Shown piece by piece: positions 9,359-19,809 of a DNA stretch of 64,000 nucleotides. The stretch spans positions 704,001 to 768,000 of the forward strand of contig CAVYIM010000003.1 in assembly GCA_963768655.1 (NCBI GenBank), written 5' to 3'. The notes under the pieces are model-generated. The model saw only the letters and a list, made by a program, of their open reading frames with translations, was not told the origin of the DNA and did not search any database. The stretch comes from an uncultured Chloroflexia bacterium. GTDB taxonomy: Bacteria; Chloroflexota; Limnocylindria; Limnocylindrales; CSP1-4. Position numbers and translations under genes: made by a program. Numbering within the stretch: the first letter of the stretch is position 1; every line of letters begins with the position of its first letter.

Positions 9359-10489
9359 ATGGCTCAGTACCAGGATGCCCTACACCCGGATCGAGTGGAT
9401 CGCGGCGAGCGAGATTGTCTGCCGCGATGGGAACTCATCCGGCCCCACGTGCCTCCAAGCGGGATGATCCTCGACGTAGGCAGCAACCTTGGCTACTACG
9501 GCCTGAAGGCAACCGGCGAGAAGGCTGGGGTCGCGGTCGTGTCCCTGGAGCCGGAGCGATCGAATGTCGAGGGGCAACGGCAGCTTCTCCAGGAATACGA
9601 CACCAATCGGATCTGCCTGATCCAGGGCTCGGTCAACGCGGCGCTGGCCACAAAGTGGGCAGAGACCTGCGATTGGTTCGAACTCACCCTGCTCCTGGCC
9701 GTGCTGCACTGGACCGACGATCCGGGACGGATCGTTCGCGCTCTGTCGTCGATGAGCGGGGTACTGATCGCCGAAGTGCCGGACAGCGGGGACCGTGGCG
9801 CCGGCGGGCAGTCTCGACTGCGGCAGTGGGCCGATCCAATCGAGTGGTTCCGTGAACACACCGGCCGGACCGTGACGCTGCTGGGCAGGGTTCCGCGGCA
9901 TACCTCGAACGTGCCGTCGCACTTGATCATGGTCAGCGGGCCGGTCTCCCGGGAACCGACGGTGCCTTATTGGAACTACGATCCTGGGTACGGCCCGCAG
10001 CGCGAGTCGCGGGCGGGTGCCGACGCGGCGCAATACCAGATGCGGTATGACGGCGATCGCGTTCACTTCGCCATACGGGGAGAAGAGGTAGCCTACCGTC
10101 CAGGCGTAAACCTCGTCAGCCTGATGTACCTTGGCCGCCTCATCCGCCCCGAGCCCGCCTATTGGATCCAGGGCGCCGCCGCGGCCGTGGTGTCGTGGCC
10201 GGAGCACGGGGACCCGATGCCGCACAACATGCTGTGGACCCCGACCGGTCTGTCACTCATAGACGGCGACGACCAGCGCCTGCCGGCCGCGATACTGGCG
10301 TCGCAGCGCTCAATGGAGCACCACGTGACGGCCTGGGCAACGACCAAACCGCCTTCGTCGCGTCCGTATCTTGGCGCGTGGCTGAGCCCCTACCGACGGC
10401 TTCGCCGCGGAACGGGGCGGGTCCTCCGGCGGCGCGTGGGCAGGGAGGGCGTTGCGCGCATCAAGAGGCTAATGGGGCCGCTCGGCTAG
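9359..10489 (+). CDS. Class I SAM methyltransferase with C-terminal kinase-like motifs (WbdD-like glycan chain terminator candidate)
   Basis: ILDVGSNLGYYG SAM motif; HGDPMPHN...LIDGDD kinase-like loop; basic C-terminus. TAGTAT (9347-9352) lies 6 nt before the ATG. Confidence 0.75.
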   Translation: MAQYQDALHPDRVDRGERDCLPRWELIRPHVPPSGMILDVGSNLGYYGLKATGEKAGVAVVSLEPERSNVEGQRQLLQEYDTNRICLIQGSVNAALATKWAETCDWFELTLLLAVLHWTDDPGRIVRALSSMSGVLIAEVPDSGDRGAGGQSRLRQWADPIEWFREHTGRTVTLLGRVPRHTSNVPSHLIMVSGPVSREPTVPYWNYDPGYGPQRESRAGADAAQYQMRYDGDRVHFAIRGEEVAYRPGVNLVSLMYLGRLIRPEPAYWIQGAAAAVVSWPEHGDPMPHNMLWTPTGLSLIDGDDQRLPAAILASQRSMEHHVTAWATTKPPSSRPYLGAWLSPYRRLRRGTGRVLRRRVGREGVARIKRLMGPLG

Positions 10490-10831
10490 ACCGGGCGAGG
10501 CGTCGCTCCGGGGTTCGGCGTGGCAATGGCCGTGCCGCAAACCATGGCCCGCGGCCCCCATCACACGCTGAGAGGCAACCGTTTACTATGGTGCCCGGGT
10601 GAGCAACGCGACGTCGGCATGCGAATCGGCTGTCGTGGCCGGGGTCCTGTGTTCCTCGGAGTCAATGTGGCTGGACCCGCGCCGCGGCGAGCCGGCCTTC
10701 CGGTCGGCACAAGCGGGTCGCGGCCACCAGCTGGTGCGGGAGGATATGGGCATCCACCGAGTGCCTGAGAGCGGCGCGCTCACACGCCGCTCGACATCCA
10801 GATCCCGAACCCGACTGAGAAACCTCAGCCA

Positions 10832-12235
10832 GTGATAGACTCCGCAACCCTCCCAATCTGGCTCACGGCACTTGCCGCTGTCTTGCTGGGCGCGGCCGGA
10901 TTGTGGCTCGCACGCGTGGTTTCTGCGAAGGCGGAGTGGCCACCAGCGGGCGGCTTGCTGCTCCTGGCAGTGGCGGCGGTCGTGCCGAACGTGCCCGTGA
11001 CATTCGGGCTCAGCCTCGACGACATCCTGCCCCTCGTGGGAGTCGCCCTGCTCGCCCTCGGCGTTCTCCGGGATCGGGCCGCGGTGCGCGAGGCGTGGCG
11101 CTCGATTGAGTCGCGTACAGTCCGCGGGCTGGTGGTTCTCGCGGCCGAGGCGATCGTCTTCATCGTCGTGGCGGCCGCCGTCTCCAGCGTCGTCAACGCG
11201 TCGGGTCCCGTGGACGCGGCTCGTCTGTTTGCTCGGAGCGGCGTTCGCTTCCTGCTGATCGCGGCAATCGTCGTACTGGCCGTGCTTGCCAACCCGCCCC
11301 GGCGACGCGCGGCCCTTCTCACTCACGCGATCGCGCTGGTGGGCACCGCAGAAGCCGCGTTCGGAGTCGTTGCCTATCTTCTGCCACTGCCAGGTCACAT
11401 GGGCCTCGAACTGGCTCGGGAGAATTCGGTTCTGTACGAGAACGTTCCCGGGAGGGTTGCGGGGACGATCGGCCTATCGCCGGACTTCCTGGGGGCGCTG
11501 TTCCTCTTCACCATGCCCCTTTCAGTCGCGCTGGCGCTCGAGTCGGAAAGTCGCGACCATCGCCTCTTCTGGTGGGCCGCCGCCGCGGTCCAGGCGCTCG
11601 CTCTTGGTCTTTCCTTCACGCGCGTGTCGCTGGCGCTGGCGGCAGTTGAGGTCGTGGTTCTGATTCTGTGGCGTGGCCGCATGCGCTACATCATTCCCTT
11701 GGGCGCGAGCCTGCTGCCCGTTGCGATATTCACGCCGGCGATTCGGCGCGTTACTGATGACGTACCCGATCGGTTGGCCCTCTGGACTTCAGGGTTTCGG
11801 ATGATGATCGATCACCCGTTCTTCGGAGTTGGGTCGGGCAACATGGTCGCCGTTCAGCTGGCGCAACCACTTCGCTACGGCTATACGACCTTCGGAGCGG
11901 CCGATGTGAATGCGCACAACACGCTCTTGCTCGCGGGTGCCGAGCTTGGAACTCTGGGTTTCGTCGCGGCGGTGCTTCTCAATGTGGCGCTCGCGGTGCT
12001 CGCCGCGCGCATGCTCTGGCTCTGCTTCCGAGATAGACGTCGGCAGCTTGCCCCGGCGGCTGCGTCTCTAGCGGTGTTGGCCTTTCTCGTTCAGGGGATG
12101 GTGAACGATCTCTTCACAGTCCCTGTGGTCAGCACCATGGCGGCCCTGGTAATAGGCGGCTTCCTGGTGGTCGCTCCCGAGGAAGCGCCTGTGGCGGCGG
12201 TCCAGGGTGCGGGCGTACGCCAGACCGAGGGATGA
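10832..12235 (+). CDS. O-antigen ligase/polymerase (Wzy_C/WaaL) family membrane protein
   Basis: Many TM segments; RLALW...DHPFFGVG and AHNTLL motifs. Confidence 0.85.
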   Translation: MIDSATLPIWLTALAAVLLGAAGLWLARVVSAKAEWPPAGGLLLLAVAAVVPNVPVTFGLSLDDILPLVGVALLALGVLRDRAAVREAWRSIESRTVRGLVVLAAEAIVFIVVAAAVSSVVNASGPVDAARLFARSGVRFLLIAAIVVLAVLANPPRRRAALLTHAIALVGTAEAAFGVVAYLLPLPGHMGLELARENSVLYENVPGRVAGTIGLSPDFLGALFLFTMPLSVALALESESRDHRLFWWAAAAVQALALGLSFTRVSLALAAVEVVVLILWRGRMRYIIPLGASLLPVAIFTPAIRRVTDDVPDRLALWTSGFRMMIDHPFFGVGSGNMVAVQLAQPLRYGYTTFGAADVNAHNTLLLAGAELGTLGFVAAVLLNVALAVLAARMLWLCFRDRRRQLAPAAASLAVLAFLVQGMVNDLFTVPVVSTMAALVIGGFLVVAPEEAPVAAVQGAGVRQTEG

Positions 12236-12459
12236 CCAGAAGGTCGCGTGCGGCCGTCGCCCGACACCTGGCGGGATCGGCGGAGGCGGCTCGTCCTGTA
12301 GCTTCAGCGCCGCGCCGGTGGCAGCGCGCCGACGTCCGAACATCGCCCGCTGAGTTGGGGCCGAGGCTTCCCAGGATCAGGACTCGCCAACGCGCAGGGC
12401 GCCGGGTCGGAGCGTACAATCCTTTTCCCGTGTTCGGGTCGCCATGAGTGGAGGGTAGT

Positions 12460-13932
12460 TTGACGTCCGTTTCCCCGAGTCCCGCTGCCGCGCCGGAGAC
12501 GCCGACTGCGCCGTCAAGAAACGCGACCGAGACTCGTATCGTCACGTGGCTTCTTGTGGCGTTCCTTGTCTGGGTGCCGCTCCAGACGCCGGTCGACGTC
12601 CTCGCGTACCAGTACCTGCATATCCCGATTCGGTTCGCCCAGGGCATCTTGCTGGTCAAGGATGTCTGGGCCGCGGGACTCTTCGCGGTGCTTTTCCTCA
12701 GACACTACCGCGAGGTCCGGTTCCGCTGGTTCGACTGGTTCGCGGTTCTGTATGGAATCCTCGTGGCCATCTACAGTGTCGTGCCGCTCGCGCTCGGGTC
12801 CAACCTCCCACCCCTTGCCGTGTTTGCGTCGGCACGGGAAATGCTGGTGCCGATCGAGCTATACGGCCTCGGCCGATTGGCCGGCTACGCCGGAGTATCG
12901 CCTTTGGGCCTTGCGCGGGCCTTTCTCTGGGTGGCGGCCGGCGCGGCCGTCTTTTCGGTCGTGACCTTTGTGCTGTTCCCACAGTCCTTCTGGGATACCG
13001 GCTACAACCTGCTCGGCTTCATGCGCAACGTTCAGGCCATAGCCACTGACAAGTCGCTTCGGGATGCCAGCATCATCGCCCGGTACGGCCCGACAGGGTG
13101 GTCGCTTCGGGCGGTCGGCCCGTTCACCCATCCGGTCGGAGCTGCGGTCTACTTTGCCCTGCCGCTGACGCTGGCTCTGTGTGCCGCCTGGACGAGGGAT
13201 CTGCGGCGGAGGGTGGCATTGGCTGGAGCGGCGCTCGCAGTGGTCTTGTTCGGGCTGGCCGTGATCACTCCGATTTCTCGAGGGATTTGGATCGGCCTCA
13301 TCGGCTCGCTCGTTGTCAGCGGCGTCGTGCTGCACAAGTATCGCCTGGCCGCTCTGTCGATCGTCGTGTTCGTTGCCTTCATCGGGTTGGTCCCCCCCTT
13401 CAGCTACTCGATAACTTCCGCCGCCACTGCCACCGACTCATCGACGACCGCTCACTCCGGAGCTCTCGCGCACGGTGCGAATGTAGTGGTCACAAATCCG
13501 CTTGGAATGGGCGTCGGCCAGGCCGACTCCTTCGGGAAGAACTATTCGGCGTCTGCCGGTGTCGATTCGTCCGGTGTCGGCGAGAACATGTACCTCACGA
13601 CATACACCAGCGTTGGGCCTCTGGGTTTGCTGGCGCTGCTGGTTTGGATGGCGGCCTTGCTCGTGGAGCTCTTTGGCCGATTGCGCAGCTCGTTGCCCGC
13701 GTGGGTCCCAGTCGGCATTGGGGCAGGGCTCCTTGCCGAACTGGCAGCTGGGATGTCGGCCTCGACGCTTATGCGGTTCACCACGGCGGCCAGCATCTGC
13801 CTTCTTGTGGGTCTCGTCATTGCAGTGCCGGGCCCGGAATTCAGGTGGCCAATCTTGTCCGTCATCCAGCACCCACGTACATGGCTCGCCTCTCGCGGCC
13901 CGAAGCGGCGGCCTCGGGGCGAACAGGCCTAG
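12460..13932 (+). CDS. Wzy/O-antigen-ligase-like polytopic membrane protein
   Basis: RAVGPFTHP, SRGIW, NPLGMGVG, ENMYL pattern. TTG 12460 follows GGAGGG (alternative GTG 12448); TACAAT at 12415-12420. Confidence 0.75.
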   Translation: MTSVSPSPAAAPETPTAPSRNATETRIVTWLLVAFLVWVPLQTPVDVLAYQYLHIPIRFAQGILLVKDVWAAGLFAVLFLRHYREVRFRWFDWFAVLYGILVAIYSVVPLALGSNLPPLAVFASAREMLVPIELYGLGRLAGYAGVSPLGLARAFLWVAAGAAVFSVVTFVLFPQSFWDTGYNLLGFMRNVQAIATDKSLRDASIIARYGPTGWSLRAVGPFTHPVGAAVYFALPLTLALCAAWTRDLRRRVALAGAALAVVLFGLAVITPISRGIWIGLIGSLVVSGVVLHKYRLAALSIVVFVAFIGLVPPFSYSITSAATATDSSTTAHSGALAHGANVVVTNPLGMGVGQADSFGKNYSASAGVDSSGVGENMYLTTYTSVGPLGLLALLVWMAALLVELFGRLRSSLPAWVPVGIGAGLLAELAAGMSASTLMRFTTAASICLLVGLVIAVPGPEFRWPILSVIQHPRTWLASRGPKRRPRGEQA

Positions 13933-14413
13933 CGCGGGTGCATAGGAGACTTGACTGGATCGTCCGTTCAGCCCCTATGATGCTCATCTGGTGGCTTGCG
14001 CGACTCAGTCGGAGACCCTGATCTCTGCGAATTGAAGCGTCGATGCGGACGAGGGAGCGTCGTCCGCGAGGAACTTCACTTCGGGGCGGAATTGCCCGCA
14101 GCAAGGACGGAGGAAGTCCGCACTCTCTGTTCGACGGTTCCATGGAGGGCAAAGGAGTTACGGTGGAGAACTGGCTCCCGTGTAGGCGCAGTTGACGACG
14201 TAGATGCGACACGACGTCGTCCACCTCGACCGGATTGGCATTGGCCATCGACTTCGGACCCGGTCTGTCCGCGCCATCCCAACGTCCACGCCTTCGCTAC
14301 GCTCCGTCGGGGAACCATACGAAGGAACCGTCGCAAGCTCGGTCGTCGAGGCACCCGAAGGGGTCGCGTCTTCACCGATCGAGAATCACGCCCGACCGGT
14401 GGAGGAGCGCTAG

Positions 14414-15184
14414 ATGGGCCCACCGACCATGCCTGCAGTTGTGCCCATCGCAGATCTCCTCATCCATGACGTCGATCCAGATGAAACCAATTCCTTGCTC
14501 TTGAGCTGGCTGTCCAATCCTGGCCCTGGCGCCTACTACGTGTGCACGCCGAACGTGGACTATGTCGTGAGGTCGCGTCGCAATGAGCGTTTTCGCGACG
14601 CGATCAACGCGGCCGACTTGCGTGTACCCGACGGGATGTGGATCGTCTACGCGTCTCGACTCGCCGGGCGACCTCTACGCGCGAGTGTCACCGGCCGTAT
14701 GTTGCTGCCCCGTCTCGCCGCCCACTGTCGCGACGATAGCCGCAGCGTTGGGATAGTCGGGGCGGCCGAAGGGGTCGCAGCCAGGGCCGCGGCGCGGCTT
14801 GTCGCCCAGTACCCTGGGCTGGTCGTTCGCCATGCCATATCTCCGCCGATGGGCTTCCAAGTGGGGTCCACTGCGGACAGCGAGATCCTGGCCGCGCTGA
14901 AGAAAGACCCTGTCGACCTGCTATTCGTTGCTCTGGGGGCCCCGAAGCAGGAGATCTGGATGCAGGAGCACCGGGACGACCTGCCCGGGACCGTACTGAT
15001 CGGGGTGGGCGCAGGCGTCGACATCTTTGCCGGCCGGTTCCGTGAGGCTCCGCGCTGGATGACCAGGGTCGGGCTCGAATGGCTGTTCCGTCTCGCCCAG
15101 GAGCCCCGTCGCCTCGGGCGGCGGTATCTGGTCGACGACCCGTGGATCCTGCTCTGGGCTGTGAGGACGCGTTTCTCCAGGTAG
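14414..15184 (+). CDS. WecG/TagA/CpsF family glycosyltransferase (GT26)
   Basis: TPNVD, VPDG, ALGAPKQE, GVGA, GLEWLFRLAQEPRRL.RRYL; GGAGG RBS. Confidence 0.92.
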   Translation: MGPPTMPAVVPIADLLIHDVDPDETNSLLLSWLSNPGPGAYYVCTPNVDYVVRSRRNERFRDAINAADLRVPDGMWIVYASRLAGRPLRASVTGRMLLPRLAAHCRDDSRSVGIVGAAEGVAARAAARLVAQYPGLVVRHAISPPMGFQVGSTADSEILAALKKDPVDLLFVALGAPKQEIWMQEHRDDLPGTVLIGVGAGVDIFAGRFREAPRWMTRVGLEWLFRLAQEPRRLGRRYLVDDPWILLWAVRTRFSR

Positions 15185-15345
15185 TGGGCAATCCGGCGGA
15201 TGGGCTATCGCCCCGTTCCCCTGACCTTCGGCGGCATGGCATGGCGTGGCGTGGCGGGGCGGGGCGCGGTGCGGCGATGACTCGGCGGCACCGCCAGGGC
15301 GCCCCTCGACGTGTGGCGACAGGCGGGTTCCTGCGGATCGACGCC

Positions 15346-16558
15346 CTACGCCGGCAGCTTATCCATCGGCTCGCGCAGTTTCGCGCGCGGCCTGACCCGC
15401 AGCTGGGAATATAGCTCGTCGATCTGGCCTCGGAGGCGCTCGATGTCGTAGTCGGCTGCCCGAGCGCGAAGCTTCGCGGTCAGTGCGTCGAGATCGCCTT
15501 TTCCAGCCTCGAGCAGTGCGCGGATTGAACCCGCCGCCGCATTCGCGTCGCCGAAGTCGACGAGCTGGCCGCTCAGGCCGCTGCCCAGCAGGAGCTCATG
15601 GGCCGGAATCCGGTTGGCAACGAGCGGCACGCCAGCGGCCATCGCCTCCAGAAGTGCCAGCCCGAAGCCTTCGCCCTTGCTCGGAAATGCCGCAACGGAG
15701 GCGGACTTCAGCAGATCCGGCAATTGCTTCTCTGGAAAGCTGAGGAGATACGTCATGCGATCCGGCACTCCCAGGTCGTCGACAAAGGACTTGATCCGGG
15801 CCAACTCCTCGGAATCGGGCTCGCCCGCAAGCACGAGCGACCATTCCAGGTCGCAGAATCCGACTCAAAGCCCGAACCAGGTCAGTCAGGGCCTTGTTGG
15901 GAACCAACCTGCCGATGGACACGACTCGGCCCGGGATCGGGGTTCGCTCGAGGCTCAGCAGGTTCTTCAGCGGGAGGGCGTTCGGGTACGTTACGGTCAG
16001 GCCGGCAAGGTAGGGTGCGTCCCGCAGCAACAGAACGCGATCGGCGTCACTGCTGGCTACCGTCCGAACACGCCCCAGGCGCAACAGCGGCCCGAAGTAG
16101 AAGCGCATCGCCAGTCGCTTCCACCGGAGGCCGCCGCCCGAATGGAATATCAGGCCACGGGTATGGAAAATGCGCGGCCGGCGCGCCACGCTGGCGCCAA
16201 TCGTGGTACTGGCTATGGCGAAGCGAAGATCGTGCATGTGCACGACATCGTTGCGCACTATCTCTCTCCATATTCGATCCGGCCGGAAGGTGAAAGCGAA
16301 CTGCGTTGCGCCCCGGCCCGGGAGGCGAATGACCTCAAGACCATCCACGGTTTCGTGCCCTGGGAGGCCCCTGGTTGGTCCTGTGACATCCCGATCCAGC
16401 GTCACGATCGTCACACGACAACCCGCCTCGGCCTGCGCGACTGCCAGGTCGTGGACAGATTTCTCCGTCCCCCCAATCAAAGGGCGGAACCGCCGGCAGA
16501 CGTGGAGGACGCGGAGTGGTACCTCGGATTTCGTGGACGGGCCCACAGGCGACGTCAC
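15346..16558 (-). pseudogene. GT4 glycosyltransferase split by a single-base frameshift near 15855 (pseudogene or read error)
   Basis: N-half (LRVLHVCRRF...GGTE...IGRLVPNKAL) and C-half (DLEWSLVLAG...EGFGLALLEAMAAG) are in different frames and join at ATT CTG C GAC CTG GAA TGG. GTG start at 16558 is inferred. Confidence 0.8.
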
Positions 16559-16771
16559 GATTCCGAACCACCCGGGCTCGCTGCCGCCCGGCAGCGCGTC
16601 CGAGCTGTGACTGTGGCTGCCATCGACCGGAAGACTGGATCGTGACAGGGGCAACGGGACGCCCAACCGAGATCGTGCATCCACGTAGTGTATCGATTGA
16701 CCTGCTCAGGGTGTCGGGCTGAGCTGTTCAACCGGCCACCGACAAGCCAGCGGCTTTGGTAGCATCCCGGG

Positions 16772-18025
16772 GTGCTGATAGGAGAGCCCATGGATTCCCA
16801 AGCGCCCGCGCTGCCCGCTATCGATATGCCTGCCGACCCCCTCGATCTCGCGGTTGTCGGGGGCGGAGGGCACGTCGGGCTTCCGTTGAGCCTGGCATTT
16901 GCCCAAGCAGGGCTTCGAGTCGGCATCTACGACACGTCCCAGCCAACACTGGACACCATCGCCCAGGGGACGATGCCGTTTCGCGAGGTCGGCGCGCCCG
17001 AGCTGCTCGTGCAGATGCTTGCCGCGGGCCGGTTGGACCTGAGCTCGTCGCCGGCGATGTTGCAGCGAACAGCGAACGTGATCCTCGTGGTTGGCACGCC
17101 AATCGACGAGTTCATGCATCCTTCCCTGGCCGTCTTCGACAAGGTGGCCGATCAGATTGCACCGCATCTCAACCCGGGGACCCTGGTGATCCTTCGAAGC
17201 ACCGTCTACCCCGGCACTTCACAGTACCTGAGCCAGGCCCTCGCGGTCCGCGGCGCGAAGGTGAGCGTGGCCTTCTGCCCGGAGAGGATTGCCGAGGGAA
17301 ACGCCCTCGAAGAGCTGCGCCAGCTTCCGAACATCGTCGGTGCTGACGAAGTTGAGGCCGGCGACCGCACCGAGGCCCTGTTCGCGCATCTGGCGAGTGC
17401 GGTAATCAGAACCACAACTCAGGAAGCGGAGCTAGCCAAGCTGCTCACCAACGCCTGGCGCTATCTGAAGTTCGCCATCGCGAACCAGTTTCTCGTCATG
17501 TCGCACACTGCCGGCATCGACTATGGGCACGTCCTGGAGGCGATGAAGACAGGTTACCCACGCGCCGCCGACGTGCCGGCTCCTGGCTTCGCCGCAGGTC
17601 CGTGCCTTCTCAAGGACACCATGCAACTGGCCGCGCTCGCGACCGACCACTTCGCCCTTGGCCACGCCGCCGTTCAGGCCAACGAGGGTCTGCCCGCGTT
17701 CGTCGTCGGTGCGCTCAAGAAGCGATACGGCGACCTTCAGGGAAGAACCGTAGGCGTCCTGGGGATGTCGTTCAAGCCGGAGTCGGACGATGTTCGATCG
17801 TCGCTCAGCTACAAGCTTCGCAAGCTCCTGATTTGGACGGGCGCCACCGTCCTCTGCACCGACCCATACGTCCACGACGTGCGGCTGGTGTCTTTGGAGC
17901 GAGTGATGGCAGAGGCCGAGATTCTCGTCCTGGGCGTTCCTCACCGCGCCTACCGAGAGCTCGACCTCACCGGGCGCGAGGTCGTGGACATCTGGGGGGC
18001 GCTGGGACAGGGCGTGCGAGTCTGA
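16772..18025 (+). CDS. NDP-sugar dehydrogenase (UDP-ManNAc dehydrogenase WecC-like)
   Basis: VGGGGHVGLP, LRSTVYPG, FCPERIAEG, AELAKL, AGPCLLKD. Start is either leaderless GTG 16772 (TAGCAT 6 nt upstream) or ATG 16790 with GGAGAG. Confidence 0.88.
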   Translation: MLIGEPMDSQAPALPAIDMPADPLDLAVVGGGGHVGLPLSLAFAQAGLRVGIYDTSQPTLDTIAQGTMPFREVGAPELLVQMLAAGRLDLSSSPAMLQRTANVILVVGTPIDEFMHPSLAVFDKVADQIAPHLNPGTLVILRSTVYPGTSQYLSQALAVRGAKVSVAFCPERIAEGNALEELRQLPNIVGADEVEAGDRTEALFAHLASAVIRTTTQEAELAKLLTNAWRYLKFAIANQFLVMSHTAGIDYGHVLEAMKTGYPRAADVPAPGFAAGPCLLKDTMQLAALATDHFALGHAAVQANEGLPAFVVGALKKRYGDLQGRTVGVLGMSFKPESDDVRSSLSYKLRKLLIWTGATVLCTDPYVHDVRLVSLERVMAEAEILVLGVPHRAYRELDLTGREVVDIWGALGQGVRV

Positions 18026-18087
18026 CGCTCGCGACCGAGCTCTCGGGCTGTCCCGCTACATCGACCCATCGCAGCACGGCAGGCGGT

Positions 18088-19542
18088 TCACGACGGAGTG
18101 TCGGCGATCTCCCGTAGCCGGCTCCGGGCAGCGAGGGCATTGAGCAGATACGCGCCCTCGAGAATGAAATACACGACCCCGAAGACCGCGAGGGCGCCCG
18201 GGGCGGCAGCGGAGACGGGCAGAGCGGAGCGGGCGAAGAGCGCGGGCACAGTGGCAACGCCGGCCAGGAGCAGGGGCCTGACAAGCAGTCGCCCCCTATC
18301 GACGTGGCCGATCGCGCGGCGCATGGCTCGCTCGTACAGCAGGAACAAGGCCAAGGAGCTACACAGGAGGCCAGCCACCGCGCCACCGATGCCCAGCGTC
18401 GGCAATGTGACGACATCGATGAGAATCAGGACGATGAGTGAGGCCACGAGCGCGACGAGCCTCGGCATCTGGGCATCGCCGCCCGTGAGCAGCGTCCCGT
18501 ACAGATACCCAACAAACCGGAATGGCAACGCCAGCGCGATCCAGGCCATGATCCAGCCGAAGGATGTGACGTCGGGGCCGTAGGTAACCTGCAGCAGCCA
18601 GCTACCGCCCAGCATCATGGCAAACGGTACCGGCACGGACAGAGTGAGCAGGATCTCGATCGCAGGCGCCGTAACCCGCTGATTCACGCTGGGGTCCCGG
18701 CTCCCTAAGGCCTTCGACACGTCCGGCAGAACGGCTCGGCCGACGGTTGAAGGGAAATACTCGAAGGCGGTGACGAGCCGGGTCGCGGCGTAGTAGGCGC
18801 CGGCGGCAGCCACCGCGCCCGTGGGCAGCAGGACGCCGATCAAGATGGTATCGATCCGTTGGGAAGCGGCCGATGCCATGCTGAATGCCTCGAAGACCGG
18901 CAGCTCGCGGAGTATGGCGCGCACGTCGTCTCGGCGGAACATTCGGAGCGGCCAGCCGAACGCCCACGCCAGCGCAACGATGCCGGCCGAGGATATGCAC
19001 ATCACGGCCAGGCCGAGGTCGAACGCAACCGTCGTCGAGACGCCGCGATCGAGAGCGATCCAGATGACGGCGAGCCAAACAAGGTTCTCCACGGTGCCGT
19101 GGATGCCCGCGACCATCATTCGGTTGAACGCGATGAAGACACCGCGCCCCGTGTCGGCCACCTGTTGGACGGCTATGTTCAGGGCCACGATCATGATCTC
19201 CAGCCCTTGCCCCGGAAACGCGTAGGCGACGAAGAGAGCGGCCAACGCGGTCGTCAGGGGAAGCAGGATTGCGCGCAGAGCCAGCAGCGCTGCGAGGTAG
19301 CGGCCCGAACAGTCGGGAGCCCGAGCGATCTCCCGGACCAGCAAAAGGCCCATCGAGGCCTCTGACGCCGCCCCGAGGAGGGTGCCGACAGTAAGTCCGA
19401 TCGCTACGGCGCCGAGCTCTTCTGCGCCCCTTTGACGCGCCACGACCGCGAGGACGACCAGGGTGGTGCCCGCGCCGGCGAGGCGAGCCACGAGAAGCGG
19501 CACCGTCTTGCGCGCGACGCCTGCACGCCCCGCGCTAGCCAA
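18088..19542 (-). CDS. Wzx-like oligosaccharide flippase
   Basis: 12-14 TM pattern, RIDTILIG, AGAYYAATRL, LPTLGIGGA. Confidence 0.82.
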   Translation of the reverse strand: MASAGRAGVARKTVPLLVARLAGAGTTLVVLAVVARQRGAEELGAVAIGLTVGTLLGAASEASMGLLLVREIARAPDCSGRYLAALLALRAILLPLTTALAALFVAYAFPGQGLEIMIVALNIAVQQVADTGRGVFIAFNRMMVAGIHGTVENLVWLAVIWIALDRGVSTTVAFDLGLAVMCISSAGIVALAWAFGWPLRMFRRDDVRAILRELPVFEAFSMASAASQRIDTILIGVLLPTGAVAAAGAYYAATRLVTAFEYFPSTVGRAVLPDVSKALGSRDPSVNQRVTAPAIEILLTLSVPVPFAMMLGGSWLLQVTYGPDVTSFGWIMAWIALALPFRFVGYLYGTLLTGGDAQMPRLVALVASLIVLILIDVVTLPTLGIGGAVAGLLCSSLALFLLYERAMRRAIGHVDRGRLLVRPLLLAGVATVPALFARSALPVSAAAPGALAVFGVVYFILEGAYLLNALAARSRLREIADTPS

Positions 19543-19809
19543 GGCTGATGTACCCGACCTTCGCGTTGCCTCTTCGTACTAACACGGGCGACATGGTATC
19601 TCAGCTCGGCGAGGCGGATGTGCCTGCCGAGGTACCGGGCGGGTCGGCCAGGTTCGTGCCGACTGAAGCCGGCCGCCGGACCGCCGGCCGGCAGCCACGA
19701 TCGACCAGCTGACCTGGATGTGGCCTACGTCTTCGAGGGTCTTCAGGCTAGCCAGTCCCGGACTAAGGTGCCATTCCTCAGGAAGGGGCGTGGGGCGTAG
19801 ATTCGGGTT

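Noticed and set aside
14109-14120. GGAGGAAGTCCG resembling the RNase P RNA GAGGAAAGUCC motif
   Set aside because: One A short, and no matching 3' P4 strand (ACAGAA.CCGGCUUA-like) or terminal helix is visible downstream.
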